Shown: piece by piece, positions 36,741 to 49,043 of the stretch | Layout of the letters: each line of letters begins with the position of its first letter | Position numbering within the stretch: the first letter of the stretch is position 1 | Assembly (NCBI GenBank): GCA_030704615.1 | Contig: CM060731.1 | Location: 13,268,001-13,332,000, forward strand | Length of the DNA: 64,000 nucleotides | Origin: Takakia lepidozioides | Taxonomy: Eukaryota; Plantae; Bryophyta | Reading direction: 5' to 3' | Notes under the pieces: generated by a model | Databases searched by the model: none | Told to the model about the DNA's origin: nothing | What the model saw: the letters and a program-made list of their open reading frames with translations, nothing else | Program-made: the position numbers and the translations under genes

Positions 36741-38699
36741 GCTAATCTACATTGGCTGAAATGATACCAGGTTATCTACTCGCTGTTGTTGCTGTAAATA
36801 GAGAATGTTTGTGGCTTCCACTGACCAAGAGCAAGCTACATAATCCGTAACCCTGGAAACTATCGAACTGCGTTGATCTTCTCCACTAAGGCTTCTTTCT
36901 CTTTGGTAGAGACTGACACGGACATGCAATCAGAGCCAGTCCCGTTTGCCTAACAGCTGCTCCAACTAACACAATGTCTGTCGCACCAGAGTTTTAGCTT
37001 AACAGGTTTTAGTGCGGAATGTTAGTTTTAAATACACGTTTGTCTGCCCGTGCCCGACTTCCTCGCCACTTCCCTCGAGCATTGAGGAGACAAAAGGAGT
37101 AGCGATGAGACTAGTGAGGAGAAAAGTGAAGTGAAGTGAAGTGAAGAGTAACTGCATGTGCTTGCATTCCACCAAGAGATGAGCGTTTTTAGGACTATGG
37201 CTTTGGCGGAGTCGTAAAAACTGCACTAGGTAGATGACTACAGAGCGCTGAAATGCGTTGCAGTCATAGTTTTATCACTACATGACGCCGGATATCACTA
37301 CATGACTCCGGAAAGTTAGGAAGCTTTGGTCAAACATTGTTGACCACAATGAGAGGGATGGTTTATATGACTAGTGTGATATGTTTGATTACACGTGGAC
37401 GACGTTTCATGGAATGTTATGACTCCATGACTGGAGATGGTTTCACAGCTCTAATTATACGACTACATCGCTACACGTGTCATTTCGAAGGCAAATACAC
37501 GAATGTATTCATCCATTGGACGAGTTCATCCACAACATGACATGGCTTGTAAACTTATGACTGTTTGACCGCAGATTGATTCATGACTCTATATATATGA
37601 CTACATCACTACACATGACATTTTAAAGGCATTTATATGACTTTATTAGTACACGTGTCATTTTGAAGACATATACATGAATGGATCCATCCATTGGATG
37701 AGCTCATCCATCCATGTTTGCCGAAATCCTATCAGCTTAGTACATGTGTTAGTTTCCTATTGGTTTGATATAGCTCAAGCATTTTGTAGTTACCGTAGAG
37801 CACTAAGTCGCATTCTTCATTGAGTCTGTAAAATGAGAGTCTGCAGAGGATGTCATTTGGAATGTGGAGTTTGCAGAGAGGGAATGTGCGACAGTATGGC
37901 TGAACGACGGGTCGTGTCTTCAAATGCGATGATTGCAGGATAGCATGGTGATCATATCATAGGCGAGAGCTGCATCTACTTGAAGAAATTTGGAACGTTA
38001 CCTTCATGGACATGTATGGAAGCATCGACGATGCGAATATGAAGGGAGAGTTTGATAGGATTTACAAAGGTTATCTGGTGTCAGATTGGTAAGTTATAAT
38101 CGAAACGTTTAAATATCTACTGCCAAGTCTACATCTCTTCCATTAGCAGTTATAACCAATCACCATCATGAAGCTACAGGCCCGATGCGAAATCCCAATC
38201 GGAACCTGCATCTTCCTCCCCCTTTTTGTCCTTATTTCGCTGTCAAACCCTTCATTCTATGTGGAAGGTTCCAAAGGGAACTTCACATTTCCCCTCATGA
38301 TCTTGATTTTGGGAATTCTTTTCGAATGCAATGCTATTAGGATATGGGTAGCATTGTCGTCATCACAGGTTGGCCGGTCAAATAATGGAAGATATTACAA
38401 AGGAAAGGTTGAAGCTGGCCGCCAGTATATGTGTTCTCTCTGCGAATTGCCAAACTGGCTTCACCAAGAATGTGCAGGGTCGCAAGGTCCTCAAGGATGC
38501 CTCGGCGTGAGCCTGGTCACGTGAGCGCGTGAGCGCAACTGCGCTCACGCCACGTCACCTTGCGCAAATGCCACGTCACGGGGCTCAGTCCACGTCATCA
38601 CACGTGAAGGCCGAGTCACCACGCGCCCAGAAAGAAGTGGAGTGTATTCCCGCGGATTGGCACCCTTTACCGCGGAAACAAGCTGGACGACATAATAAA

Positions 38700-39060
38700 A
38701 GGCATTGAATAAATGATGGATGAATGTACAGTTGAATGATAAACAGATGGATGAGTGTGAAAAATGAATGTAGATGGATGAATGACGGATGGATAAGAGT
38801 AAAATGGATGAATGTATAATGGATGTTGAGCAATGACAAAAATTCATGACAAGAAGATGCATGACCAAATCTTTTGACGAATGCACAAAGTATATGAAAT
38901 GAGTGTGGAAGGTTTGTGGGGTGGATTAAAGAGTACAGAGGATGAATGTACAATGGATGTTGTACAAATGAAGCTTTCATGAATGGAGCACGCATGAATA
39001 CAGTGTAGATGAATGCACAATGGATATGAGAAGAGTCAGGAAGGTTTGTGAGATGGATTC
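38700..39060. repeat. Low-complexity ATGGATGAAT-type repeats
   Basis: Iterated TGGATGAATG motifs just inside the MULE left end. Confidence 0.7.
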
Positions 39061-39359
39061 ATACATATAGCAATTTAAACGAAAGTTGATTCTGTGATTA
39101 TTATTTGTTCTAAAGGAACAACTACGGTGGAGGAAGGGGATTCAACGTTTTCCAGATAATATGAAAATGAATATTAAAATAATACAGTTCAGTCTGACTC
39201 AGAGTCAGTACAATGTATCCCCTCTTCCTCTGCATCTAAGTCTAAGTATTTTAGAACACCAGATCCACGCTGGATACACCTACGGCTGGCCACTAAAAAG
39301 TCAGGGGATAGGGACTTGGCCGCGTGAAGTGCCATTGCTTCGGCATAAACAAGAAGCAG

Positions 39360-42300
39360 AAAATTGGAAAGGGGGCTGTCGAAAACAGACTCGCCAGAAA
39401 TGACTGTATCTCCTGAAGATCCACCGCTGCCTTTCCTGAAAGACAGCCTGAAAAAGTTATTACTGTAACTTTGATGTTATCGAGAAATTGAGTATGACTC
39501 CCAAAGAGGGTTTAGCACTTACTCACATGAAAAGTCGTTGTCGACCTGCTTATCTTCGGGATCGTCATCATTTCGAATTTGAATCCGATCAGTCTGTGTG
39601 CCTGAAGTGGAGCCAGACAAAAGGGGGAGGAGCACGGTGTTGTAGAGGTCAGAATCACCCTCCATGCCAAAAAGGCTTCTTCCGCCTGCCTTGCATGCGT
39701 GGTAAGTTGCTCCTGCACCAGACAGGAGAACATGAACAGTTTGGAGGGGGGGATTTAAGCAGATGAAACTGTTGAAAGGAAACCAATTCGGAAGGGAAAA
39801 AACGAACCTGTGGACACAGAAAGATCGACCACCCGTGCAGAGCGGTGGCTGCATGACTCCAGCAGTATTTGCATGAATGCTGGTGACTTTTCCTTTGCAC
39901 CTCTCCAGGGAGTGCCATCTGGTCTCTTCAGAGTCTGACTGGACTGCATGAAGTTGTACAAAATGTCATCAACATGGGGCTCATAGGGGGGGTTGACGAA
40001 ACAACCCTGGTCAGAAATCTCAAAGCTGCGGATGGAGGATGGTGTCTTTGATGTGCGAATCCTCCGCAGGCAGATCGCCTCGAACATCCTCGTCTGGCAA
40101 AGATAGCAGGTTAGTGTGGTAAACACAATCTATAGTGGAAGTGTGTACATCGGCTATTCAGAACTCTGACACAAAAAAATCATGAATCGTTGATGATCGG
40201 TGTCGATCATAAAATTCTACTAGAGTGGAGCTGCAGAGAAAATTGAAACTCATGATCAAAGCACAAGCAGAAGGGAGACGGCATACCAGCTGACCAGGGA
40301 AACCCCGTTTCACAAGGTAGAGGCTGTTCACACAATTCCATGTGCGCAAAACTTCAAACCTTGAAGACTTGAGGTATGATGCCAATGCCCGACGACTATC
40401 ATTGTCACATGACTGAAAAAGCAGAAGTGTCCCTGCATCAGAGAGGAAATTGTTACAGAACCCGAACACCCAACTCCAGTAGTTGTCCTCGAATTTGTTC
40501 CAGCCTGGCGTCTTGCCCTTTGGAAGAACTTCTGGCACAGCCTGGCCATCCGGGATGTCGAGAATGACAATGTCGGCCGCATAAGTTTTCTGCACACCGC
40601 ACACGAAGGTGGGACCTGTGCTCACCTGCAACAGACATGTTTTTTATAAGAACGATGGCAAGAATGTTTTCAAAGAACGAGACTGAAATACTGCCAACGA
40701 AACTTTCAGAGAAAAAGGAAAGAAACTGGAATTCTCACCAGATTGAGGAATGAGATTATATTGTCCCAGGTAGGGGATGGCACCCCAGTGTATCCTCTCT
40801 TTCGACTCTGCATCATCGAAAGCCAACCCTCATTAACAATTTTCATCTCTCCTGCTGAATCAGAACGGGAAGGGTGTGGCTTGGCATCGAACACGCACTG
40901 AAGAGTGCGGGTATATCTTCCAGCAGTAAAGTCCTGCCCACTCTCCATCTCCTTTTCATTCTCCTTCCCCTTGTCTTTTCCTTCTCTTTGGACTTGTCTT
41001 TGTCCTTTGGCTTTGCTGGTGAGATGGCTATGACATCAACAGCCTTGTCTTTTGGTTTGCGGCCCGCCTTCTTTCCCTTCTGCGGCGTTCCCTGAGCATC
41101 AGGCTCCTTGGCAGCCAAGGTTGCTATGTTTCGTTGATACTCTTCGTCAGTCAAAGGCGCCAGCATCTCAGCGTTATTGTTCAAGTATTTCATATGCTGT
41201 TCTTGAAAGGTCGTGTGCTCAGGTGGGCAGTCAAGGTACCACCCACAGTCTCTGAAGTGAGAAGGACTCCAGTCCTTCAATATCCCTGCAGTATACATGG
41301 TTGGATCGTTTGCAGGGTCCGACCACATGTCAAGATAGTCGGGAATTCCGCTCAGGTGATTTCCTTCCATAAGCACATATTTCGTGTACCTGAAAAAAGG
41401 AGATAAATCCCAACACACAAAAGCGCTCAGTGAGTAAGATGCAAGTAGAACAGAAAGAATAAAACATAGATTGAAATGGCTCTGACAACTGCTCCAAGGA
41501 CCTTTCAGGACCACACTACTGCTCCAGATATGAATGTCGTCAACGCCATTCAGAACATTCCATTCAATGACACTGTAAATACATCCTAATCCAGGTGAAT
41601 GCAAATAATCGTTTAGAAATGACACAGACATAGAAGTGAATGTCGTCAACGACATTCAAAGAATGAAGCCAAATTATTACTTAAATGAAGCAAAATCACA
41701 GGATGGAAATCAAAAAATTGAGTAAGGAACCCTCCAGGCAAACTCAATGCACATTCATAACGAACCTATCACTGAGGACCTCACAACATCACTGTATGTG
41801 AATGGCGTCAACGCCATTCACAAAAATACAAAAAAGAAACCAATTACTTAGCTCCCCAATCCATGTAAATTGAATTTGTCGCTGTTGAATAATACAGACA
41901 CAGCTGTGAATGTCGTCAACGACATTCACTTTGGATTTCTTAAAACAGAGCTTATCAAGCCTCCACATTCATCGCAAGAGGCAAAAACAATGCAGAACAA
42001 CTGAATGTCTGCATTGACATTCAGCAAAATGAAGTGAGGAACCCTCACTGTAACCTCTATGGACATTACAAAAATTTAAATAACTTTGAGGACCTCTCAA
42101 CAACTCCGTATGTGAATGTCGTCAACGCCATTCAAGGACATTATCAATTCTAATCAGGGACAATATAATTGCACCCTTAGATCCTAACCAGGTGAATTCA
42201 TATACTCGCTTAAGAATGACTTAGACAAAGAAGTGAATGTCGTCAACGACATTCAATCTGGATCTAAGATTGCAATCCATATGAAGCCACATTTTTTCCC

Positions 42301-44679
42301 AAAAAAACAGTAGAGTTTCAAGTATGACATTGCACCTGTACACAACTCGCATCATGGCCCACTCTCCTCCAACCTGACTGTCAAAGTCGTTGGACCGTAA
42401 AATGTTACCATCTTTGGAGAACTCCCGGAAAAAACAGTATCTCCAGGTGAGACCTCTCCACTTCCTTATGTATGCCTCCAATGACATTTGGGGAGGGGAA
42501 ACAATCGCAATGTTCAGGTCCTTCAAAGTCTGATCCAGCACAATGACGGCGCGCTTTTCGAGCTGCAAATAGTATATTTGTCAGAATTGCAAAAAAGATA
42601 CACATCACATACTTGAAGAGAAGAAACAGCATGTTCGAATACACACCTGACTCCAAAATGTAGCCTTGTGGAGCCAGTTATCAAACACCAAATCACTGAT
42701 TCCTTCCACCTTTGTGCCAGGCTGTATGGTGCTCTTTGGGAACTGATTCAAGTCCTTTACTGTTTGATCTGAGTTCCATATCTCCAGCCACCTTATTTTT
42801 GTTTGTGGGTCGACCATCGATATGGCCAGCCGGTGCAATTTCTCCTGCTGCATCTCCGGATGCACATGCTTGTCATAGTGTGTTTTGATCTGCTGAAGGA
42901 ACTCAGGACCAAGTCCAGGATCTACTATTCTAAGCTGCTTTCCGAAGGCTGACATCAATTTGGTTCTTCGCATTTCAAACTCCTTCTTTATTGCAGCTTC
43001 ACACCCTTTGATGTCCTTAGTTCTTCTGGTGTAGTGCGGTAATATTCGGATTTTCCCTTCTCAGCTGCCTCTGCCAGTTCTTGCTGCATTGATTCAAGTA
43101 GTGATTAGCTCCGAAGGGACTACAAACATGTATTCGAAAAGTAAACAGATTACAGACTCGGGCTTACCGCATACATGTACTCCAGAAACGCCTCTCGTGT
43201 CAAAGAATACCAAGTGCCTGCAGCTCTTCCTGTTTCGCACTTCTTGATGATATTGGGTGGTAGTACTGTCCGAAAATCATCCAGCTTCATCAGACCAATC
43301 CTCTGAATTCGGAATAGTGTGTGAACCAAGCTTGTTGTCACATGCGATTTCTCTGTCGATCTGCAAAAACATTGGAAACATTGCATTCCTTAACACTGTT
43401 TTTTGAGGATTAACAAGACACTACAGAGGGAATGAAATCTCCTGGATGACTTACTTGTTCACGTCGTGCATAGCTGTAAGAAGCCTAGCGATGTCGTTTC
43501 CTGGATCCAAAACCATTGCCTCCACAACAACATGCTTGTCTTTGTCTTTCGAATGGTGTTTCTGAATGTATCCCATCCATGCCAGCAATCGGTGGTTGCC
43601 GTCCCAGACGTAGAACATGTGGTTGCAGAATTGCTGGGTGTTCTTTCCCATCATGAGGCCCAGCTCGAACTCCTCATTGGCATCTTTCCAGCACTCATCC
43701 CAGTTATCACTGATCTCTGGAGACACTAATGTGCTTTTCCCATTTATATCCGTCAGTGACACATAAAAAACTTGTGCACCAAGTCTATATCCATGCACAA
43801 AATCACTCTCCAATTTTGTTATGTCATGGGAAAGAGGTGGACGCACAACAGGCATTGATATCATCCGGCACAGAGGTATGTCCAGACGCCCTCCAGATAC
43901 GAGCATGTCCCTTATAACCTCCTGAGAGTTTACCTTCCGGAATGACATGAGTTCTTTCATTCTTCTGCACGATGCCATTCAGTTCTGACTGAGTGATTTG
44001 CAAATAGTGAATGGCGGTAACGACCATCACTCTGTATCAAGGAAACTCACCATGAATGGTGTGAAAGAATTCAGCACAATCTACACATGCAAAGCCGAGA
44101 CTGCCGTATTCAAAACAAAAGCGAGAGCGATAGCGAACGGCGTTAACGACAATCACAAAAGATAACGACCTGCCGGATCGGTGTTGTGTAATGACATACA
44201 TGTGCAACTGATTGGCGGCAACGACATTCAGTGTAGTTTAGGGAGAATAGTAAGTGCAGACTCTCTCTTCAAACACATAGGTACATAAATCTCATGAGGA
44301 GAATCGAATGGCGTTAACGACGCTCGCGATTCAGTAGTTCCTGCTAAAGAATGGAAGAGGAAGGACTCCTTGAAAGGCAATCAGACAGACTATATGATAA
44401 AACTTACTGATCCCCTTCTGCAGCTTTCCTCTTCCCTCTCACATCTGCTGGAGTTTCTGTCTGCGCAAGGGTTTCTTGACCTTCTCCAGGTTCGGCGTTC
44501 CGCGTGCTTCCACCTTCTTCAGTGTCCCTGCGAATCATCTCTGCCTCCACAGGCTGGCGCACTCTTATCGCCGACTGTGTCGCAGCCGCTGCCTCAGTCT
44601 CCGTCTGCTCTTGTGAATCAGTCTCCGCGTTCACCTGCTGCCTTGGCCCTGTGTTCTCCAACAAACGACGCCTCGTCAT
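39360..44679 (-). CDS. Multi-exon ParB/Srx-like domain + beta-class amino (N6A/N4C) DNA methyltransferase-like fusion gene, with frame disruptions
   Basis: Approximate exons: 44679-44408, ~43990-43455 (IPLCRM...VRP...FYVWDGNHRLLAW), 43360-43168, 43119-42647, 42562-42408, 41389-40739, 40625-40287 (ADIVILDIPDG), 40093-39807 (EKSPAFMQILLESCS...VVDLSVSTG), 39712-39527 (ATYHACKAGGRSLFGMEGD), and a last exon from ~39447. Most are bounded by AG/GT. Catalytic-like motif IV precedes SAM motif I, which is the beta order. Confidence 0.72.
41532..42254. repeat. Intronic array of 20-bp palindromes GAATGKCGTCAACGMCATTC embedded in ~270-310 bp diverged tandem units
   Basis: Copies start at 41532, 41638, 41800, 41908, 42003 (degenerate), 42114 and 42235. 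Confidence 0.9.
44009..44325. repeat. Second cluster of the same palindrome (degenerate) between exon 1 and the ParB exon
   Basis: GAATGGCGGTAACGACCATC (44009), GAACGGCGTTAACGACAATC (44135), GATTGGCGGCAACGACATTC (44210), GAATGGCGTTAACGACGCTC (44306). Confidence 0.75.
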
Positions 44680-45533
44680 TTTCTCTCTTGCTCTGCGTCT
44701 CTCTCTAAGTGAAGTAAAATAAAGAGACTTTCTTCTCTTTCGTATTCTAGAAGGAACCCTCTCCAGCTTGACTACCACTCTCCCTCTAAGCGCGAAAAGT
44801 AGAAAAACGCAGTGACTCCCGATTTCTTGCGGGATTGCCTGCGTTCTTGCGTGTCTCTAGAAGCATCGGATTCCCTCCCGCGTGACCGTTACACATAGTC
44901 GTTTCCTTATTAGTGCACATGCCAGCAATTGGTGTACAGCTGTTCGTATTCAGTTATGGATGTCTGACGTGTGCCGCCCAAAAAAAACGGCGTGTTCTTT
45001 ATTATAACGGGTTCAATATTTAAAAAGAACAGCGAATCCCAGAAATTGATGCGCAGTCTTAAACAAATAAATATAAATGAACGAGAGTTTGATGACAAAT
45101 TTTGGAATATCATACACGGTCATCCTTGTTAGCCAAACCCCACATTCGTTTCACATTTGGAACTTTCCAGGTGCGCATGATCATTGGTAGTAGTATATAG
45201 ATACATTTACTTAATCTGCAATCCCATTCTCAGATCCTGTGGCATGCTTCCAGGAAGTCGGCTTTGTTATTGGGTTTATTGATGAGGTTCTGATTAACGG
45301 TTTAACAGTTGCCGACACTGCCCCTAGGGATACTCTGACCACTGGGCCCACAAGAAAAGTAATTAAAATGGACGGCTGCATATCTGGAATGAATAACAGA
45401 ATATGCACAGTCGTTATCTGAGCTTCCTCCGCCATATTCTCTGCTCATTCTTCAACTGTGTTCTGGAGACAGCAGTAAACCGATTTACACTAGATCTGCG
45501 ATAGCAAGGTACAAACATACTCGAGGAAGGAAG

Positions 45534-48500
45534 ATGGCTTCCTCTGAAGCGGAGTTCTTCTCAGACGACAAACCAGTGCCGTTCTCCCAGGAAGTCCTTG
45601 ACAATGGATTTGCAATTGTTCTGGAACATGTCTTGGCTACCCGTTTTCAGCTGCAGAATGGCTCCATCTTTTTGGAGAAAGAGGTTTACGATCTGAAAGG
45701 GAAGTTGGTGAAATATTCTTTCCAAAACCGTGATGAGACGGCTCATATCAGCCAGTGGAGAGTGCGTCCTGGTCGATACAGAGTACTTGGAGAGCCTCGG
45801 CGAAAGTCCCTTGGGTCATATGTGACGCCCGGGACTGCTGCTTCGGTCGTTGAAGACAAGAAGGAGGTGGTGGTGAAAAAAGAACAGACTTCCTCCACTC
45901 CAATCGTTGAGCTTTCGGATTCTTCCGATGATGACATAAGTGAAATTCCAAATCCAGTCCTTCCTACTGTGGTTGTAGAAGCTGATGAAGAAGAGATTTG
46001 TAGTGTCATTCCAAAATTGCGGGCGATGGGAGGAATGGCTGGATTCAAAAGTGAGTTGCGGGGAATTGATTGGGAATCTTTGAAGCAGGTGCCTGTGAAG
46101 TTCTTGCCGGAGACTTTTGATGGCGATATCCTATTCGAGCTGCCTCCTCCTCCGCGAGTTGGAGGTGTAACAATCATGATGCATGGAATGGACAAGAAAC
46201 ACGACGGGCACCCGTGGTGCAGAACAAAAACATCCAATATTCAGAATGATGACAAGCTTGTTTTCAGGAGGACAGTTTGCAATGGACACCTTAGGTGTGA
46301 TAATTTGAATTGCAGACACTTTCTTCAGTCTGGGGTTCATAATCAAAGCGAATGGGAGGGTCTGGCGGAAAATCCATTTCAGCCTGGGACTGCCCCTCCA
46401 CCGGCAAACACTTTCGTCTGCAAATTCTGCAAACTTGTGCCATCCTGCTTGGCGCTCTGCGGAGCAAGAATGTACTATGTTGTCCACCGTTTGAATACAA
46501 TGAGAGCTTGTGTGCATTTTGGATTCCATAACCATCCTGTCTCGAAGGGGGATTACAGGGAGAGTGTTGAGACAGTATCGAGGTTGATCAAACAGGAGTT
46601 CGGGAGAAACCCATCCGCAACAACATCTGCAATTGCTCTTGGCGCAAGCAAGTCCTTCTTGGAAAGCCATATTTTGAGTGAAGGAGATTCTGTGGGGACT
46701 AAACTTGACGGTGCAGCATTGGACCTGGTCATGGATCATTTCTCCACTTTAAGTTCACCTAACATTCGGCATCAGATCAATGCATTGAGAATGGGCTCTG
46801 GGATCAGAGGCTACATAGACAATATTTTGGAATTGAAACGAGTGAGCAAGTACGATTACATCCAGGACAATGTATTCCCAGGTCAAGGTGCCATCAAAGT
46901 TTTTCTTTTCAAAATGTCGACTGTTGGGGAGGGCAGTGGGGTTAGCCTCGTGAAGCGGATGCAGAAGACTGGGGACTTGCAGAACTGTTTTCTTATGTTT
47001 GATCATGTGAAACGAGTGAAGGATTGGACGACAATGGCTTGTCATGTCTACGATCCAGTGTACCAACGAGTTATGACAATTGCAGTTTGTGACATGCAAT
47101 CCGAGGATACGGAATCCCAGAAGCTCATGTGGAATTCCCTGATACGTGTCATGGGCTGCCATGGGCTGCCATCTCCAAATTTCGCAGGTTTCATGGCGGA
47201 TAGTGCTCAAGCAAATTTCAATGCTGTTCGTATTGTCTTCGGATCGGGCGACCCAAAAGTGCCTACCAGGAAGAGAGCGTACATGTCTATTCCATTGGAC
47301 ACAATCTCTGGAAAAACATACAAAGTCGGACATCAAACCAGAGATGCAGACTCAGCACCGTAAATTGTGCAAAGAGTACAAAGATGCTAGAACAATGAAG
47401 GAGGCGGACACTTTGTTCCAGACAATTCGTGCCTGGTGGTTCTCTTCTGGAGCTGCATCACTTGAGAGTATGAGAGCATTGGAAGATTGGCTGGCGTTTT
47501 GGCACTTCCGGTATAGACAGTGGGGAGCAGCCATGACAATGGTACGAGGCTTATATTTCATGCTTTATTCATACATTTGCTTTCCATATTTTTGACTCAT
47601 TGCTTTCTTTATGTTGTTTCCTGTGCACTATTCTGAAGTGTGGTTATCCTCTTTGCAGAACATGTCCATTGAGGAAATGGCGGACATGCCATCTTGCAAT
47701 TTGGCAGAAACTGTGCACAATGCATGGTTGCAGCAGTCTGGGAAACGAGGTCGGGATTTGTATGTGGCAACAACAGATGATTTGATACGTGCCTTGCAAC
47801 AACAAACCCGATACCGTGATTTCTTACGAGGTGGGGTTGGTGGCAAGGGTCCGGACAAATGGGAGTTGATGTTGCGTGCTGCAAACAGATCTGGGGATCC
47901 AATCAAGATAGCACGGGCGGTGAGCATGTATGCCCAGGGAACGCCACTTGTTTCTAGAGTTCCACATCTTGAAGGGGAGGAGAGATTCGGCTCCTGTAAG
48001 AGGAAATTGAACACTCCACCTGGTTCGGATTCAGATTCCCACAGGGCAGACCGTGATAACTTCTCGAAGCCTCGTGTTCCCCTGCATGACAGCTCCATGT
48101 CCGGAACCTCCATTGTGGAGGAACCTCCAACACGACGGCAAGCTCCAGCATCAAACCGTGCCACTGAAATGGTGCAGGAGAGAAACAACCCCCTTGATGT
48201 GCTTGAGTCCGCATGCCCCGACCACGTTTGGCACATAGAACGCACAAGTGTCGGGTCTCGTGTGAAATGTACAGCGATCAGGGCAACTAATTTCGAGAAG
48301 TGCACTTCATCTATATCCAGAGGTGGTGCCCGAACTCCTGCTCCGACTTTCACGGGCTTGATGCGTCCATACGGTCAACCAAAGCCAAGAACCACAAGTT
48401 CTGGTTCTGCGCAGATGATTGTGCCAGATGTGTGCATGGAACTGTGCGTCCTTCCGTAGTGATGAAGCCATCTCCTCCAACCGTTTGGCCCGTGAAGGTG

Positions 48501-49043
48501 GGAACACATCTCAGCTTTCAGGAGATTGAAATGCTGGAGGAGGCAGGTTTTTCCCTTGCGAGACAACCCCAACTCCATGCATGTGCTACTACTTCTGCGT
48601 CCTCCCGGGTCCCCCCGGCAAATCCTGACTTGTGGCCAACCAAACGAGATGGAAAGCTCGTTCGGCGTTTCCCTCCAACCGCTGAACACTTTGGCAAAGT
48701 GGAGTCCGCAAGAATGCTCCAAGCTCGTGTCGGAAGCACCACGGAAGTACCCGATCCAGGATATGGTCGGGTATTCACAATCATCACTTCCACATCTGCT
48801 GTTCATGACAGGACCTACGACATCACGGTTTCCAATTTCCCCAATTGCACATGTCCTGATTTTGTGAATATGCTATCAACCAGTTTGGGCAAGAGAGGTA
48901 AATTCATACCCTGCAAACATTTGTATTTCATATTTTTGAGGAGGATGGTTTGCGATCCCAAACGTGACAACTTCATTCACCAGGCCACTATGAGTTTCAA
49001 CGAGGTCGATACTCTTTTGCAGCGGGATACAACACATGGGTAG
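45534..49043 (+). CDS. MULE-type DDE transposase with GCM/WRKY-like Zn domain and C-terminal SWIM finger (frameshifts near 47265 and 48390; intron 47542-47658)
   Basis: Cys/His domain CNGHLRCDNLNC...CKFC...C...HFGFHNHP. Catalytic-type D in LMFDHV, D in GFMADSAQANFNAV, CLFH (CxxH), E in CNLAETVHNAW. SWIM finger CTCPDF...CKHLY. GT..AG intron in phase. Confidence 0.85.

Noticed and set aside
37224-37240. CACTAGGTAGATGAC as the left CACTA terminus
   Set aside because: The sequence at 37170 aligns better with the right end. This motif is more likely a subterminal variant.
41532-42254. CRISPR array (palindromic repeats with spacers)
   Set aside because: Spacers are 75-140 bp, uneven and related to each other. 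The array is inside a spliceosomal intron and no cas genes are present.
46131-48806. Long minus-strand ORFs (202, 193, 241, 143 aa)
   Set aside because: Antisense shadows of the MULE transposase coding region.
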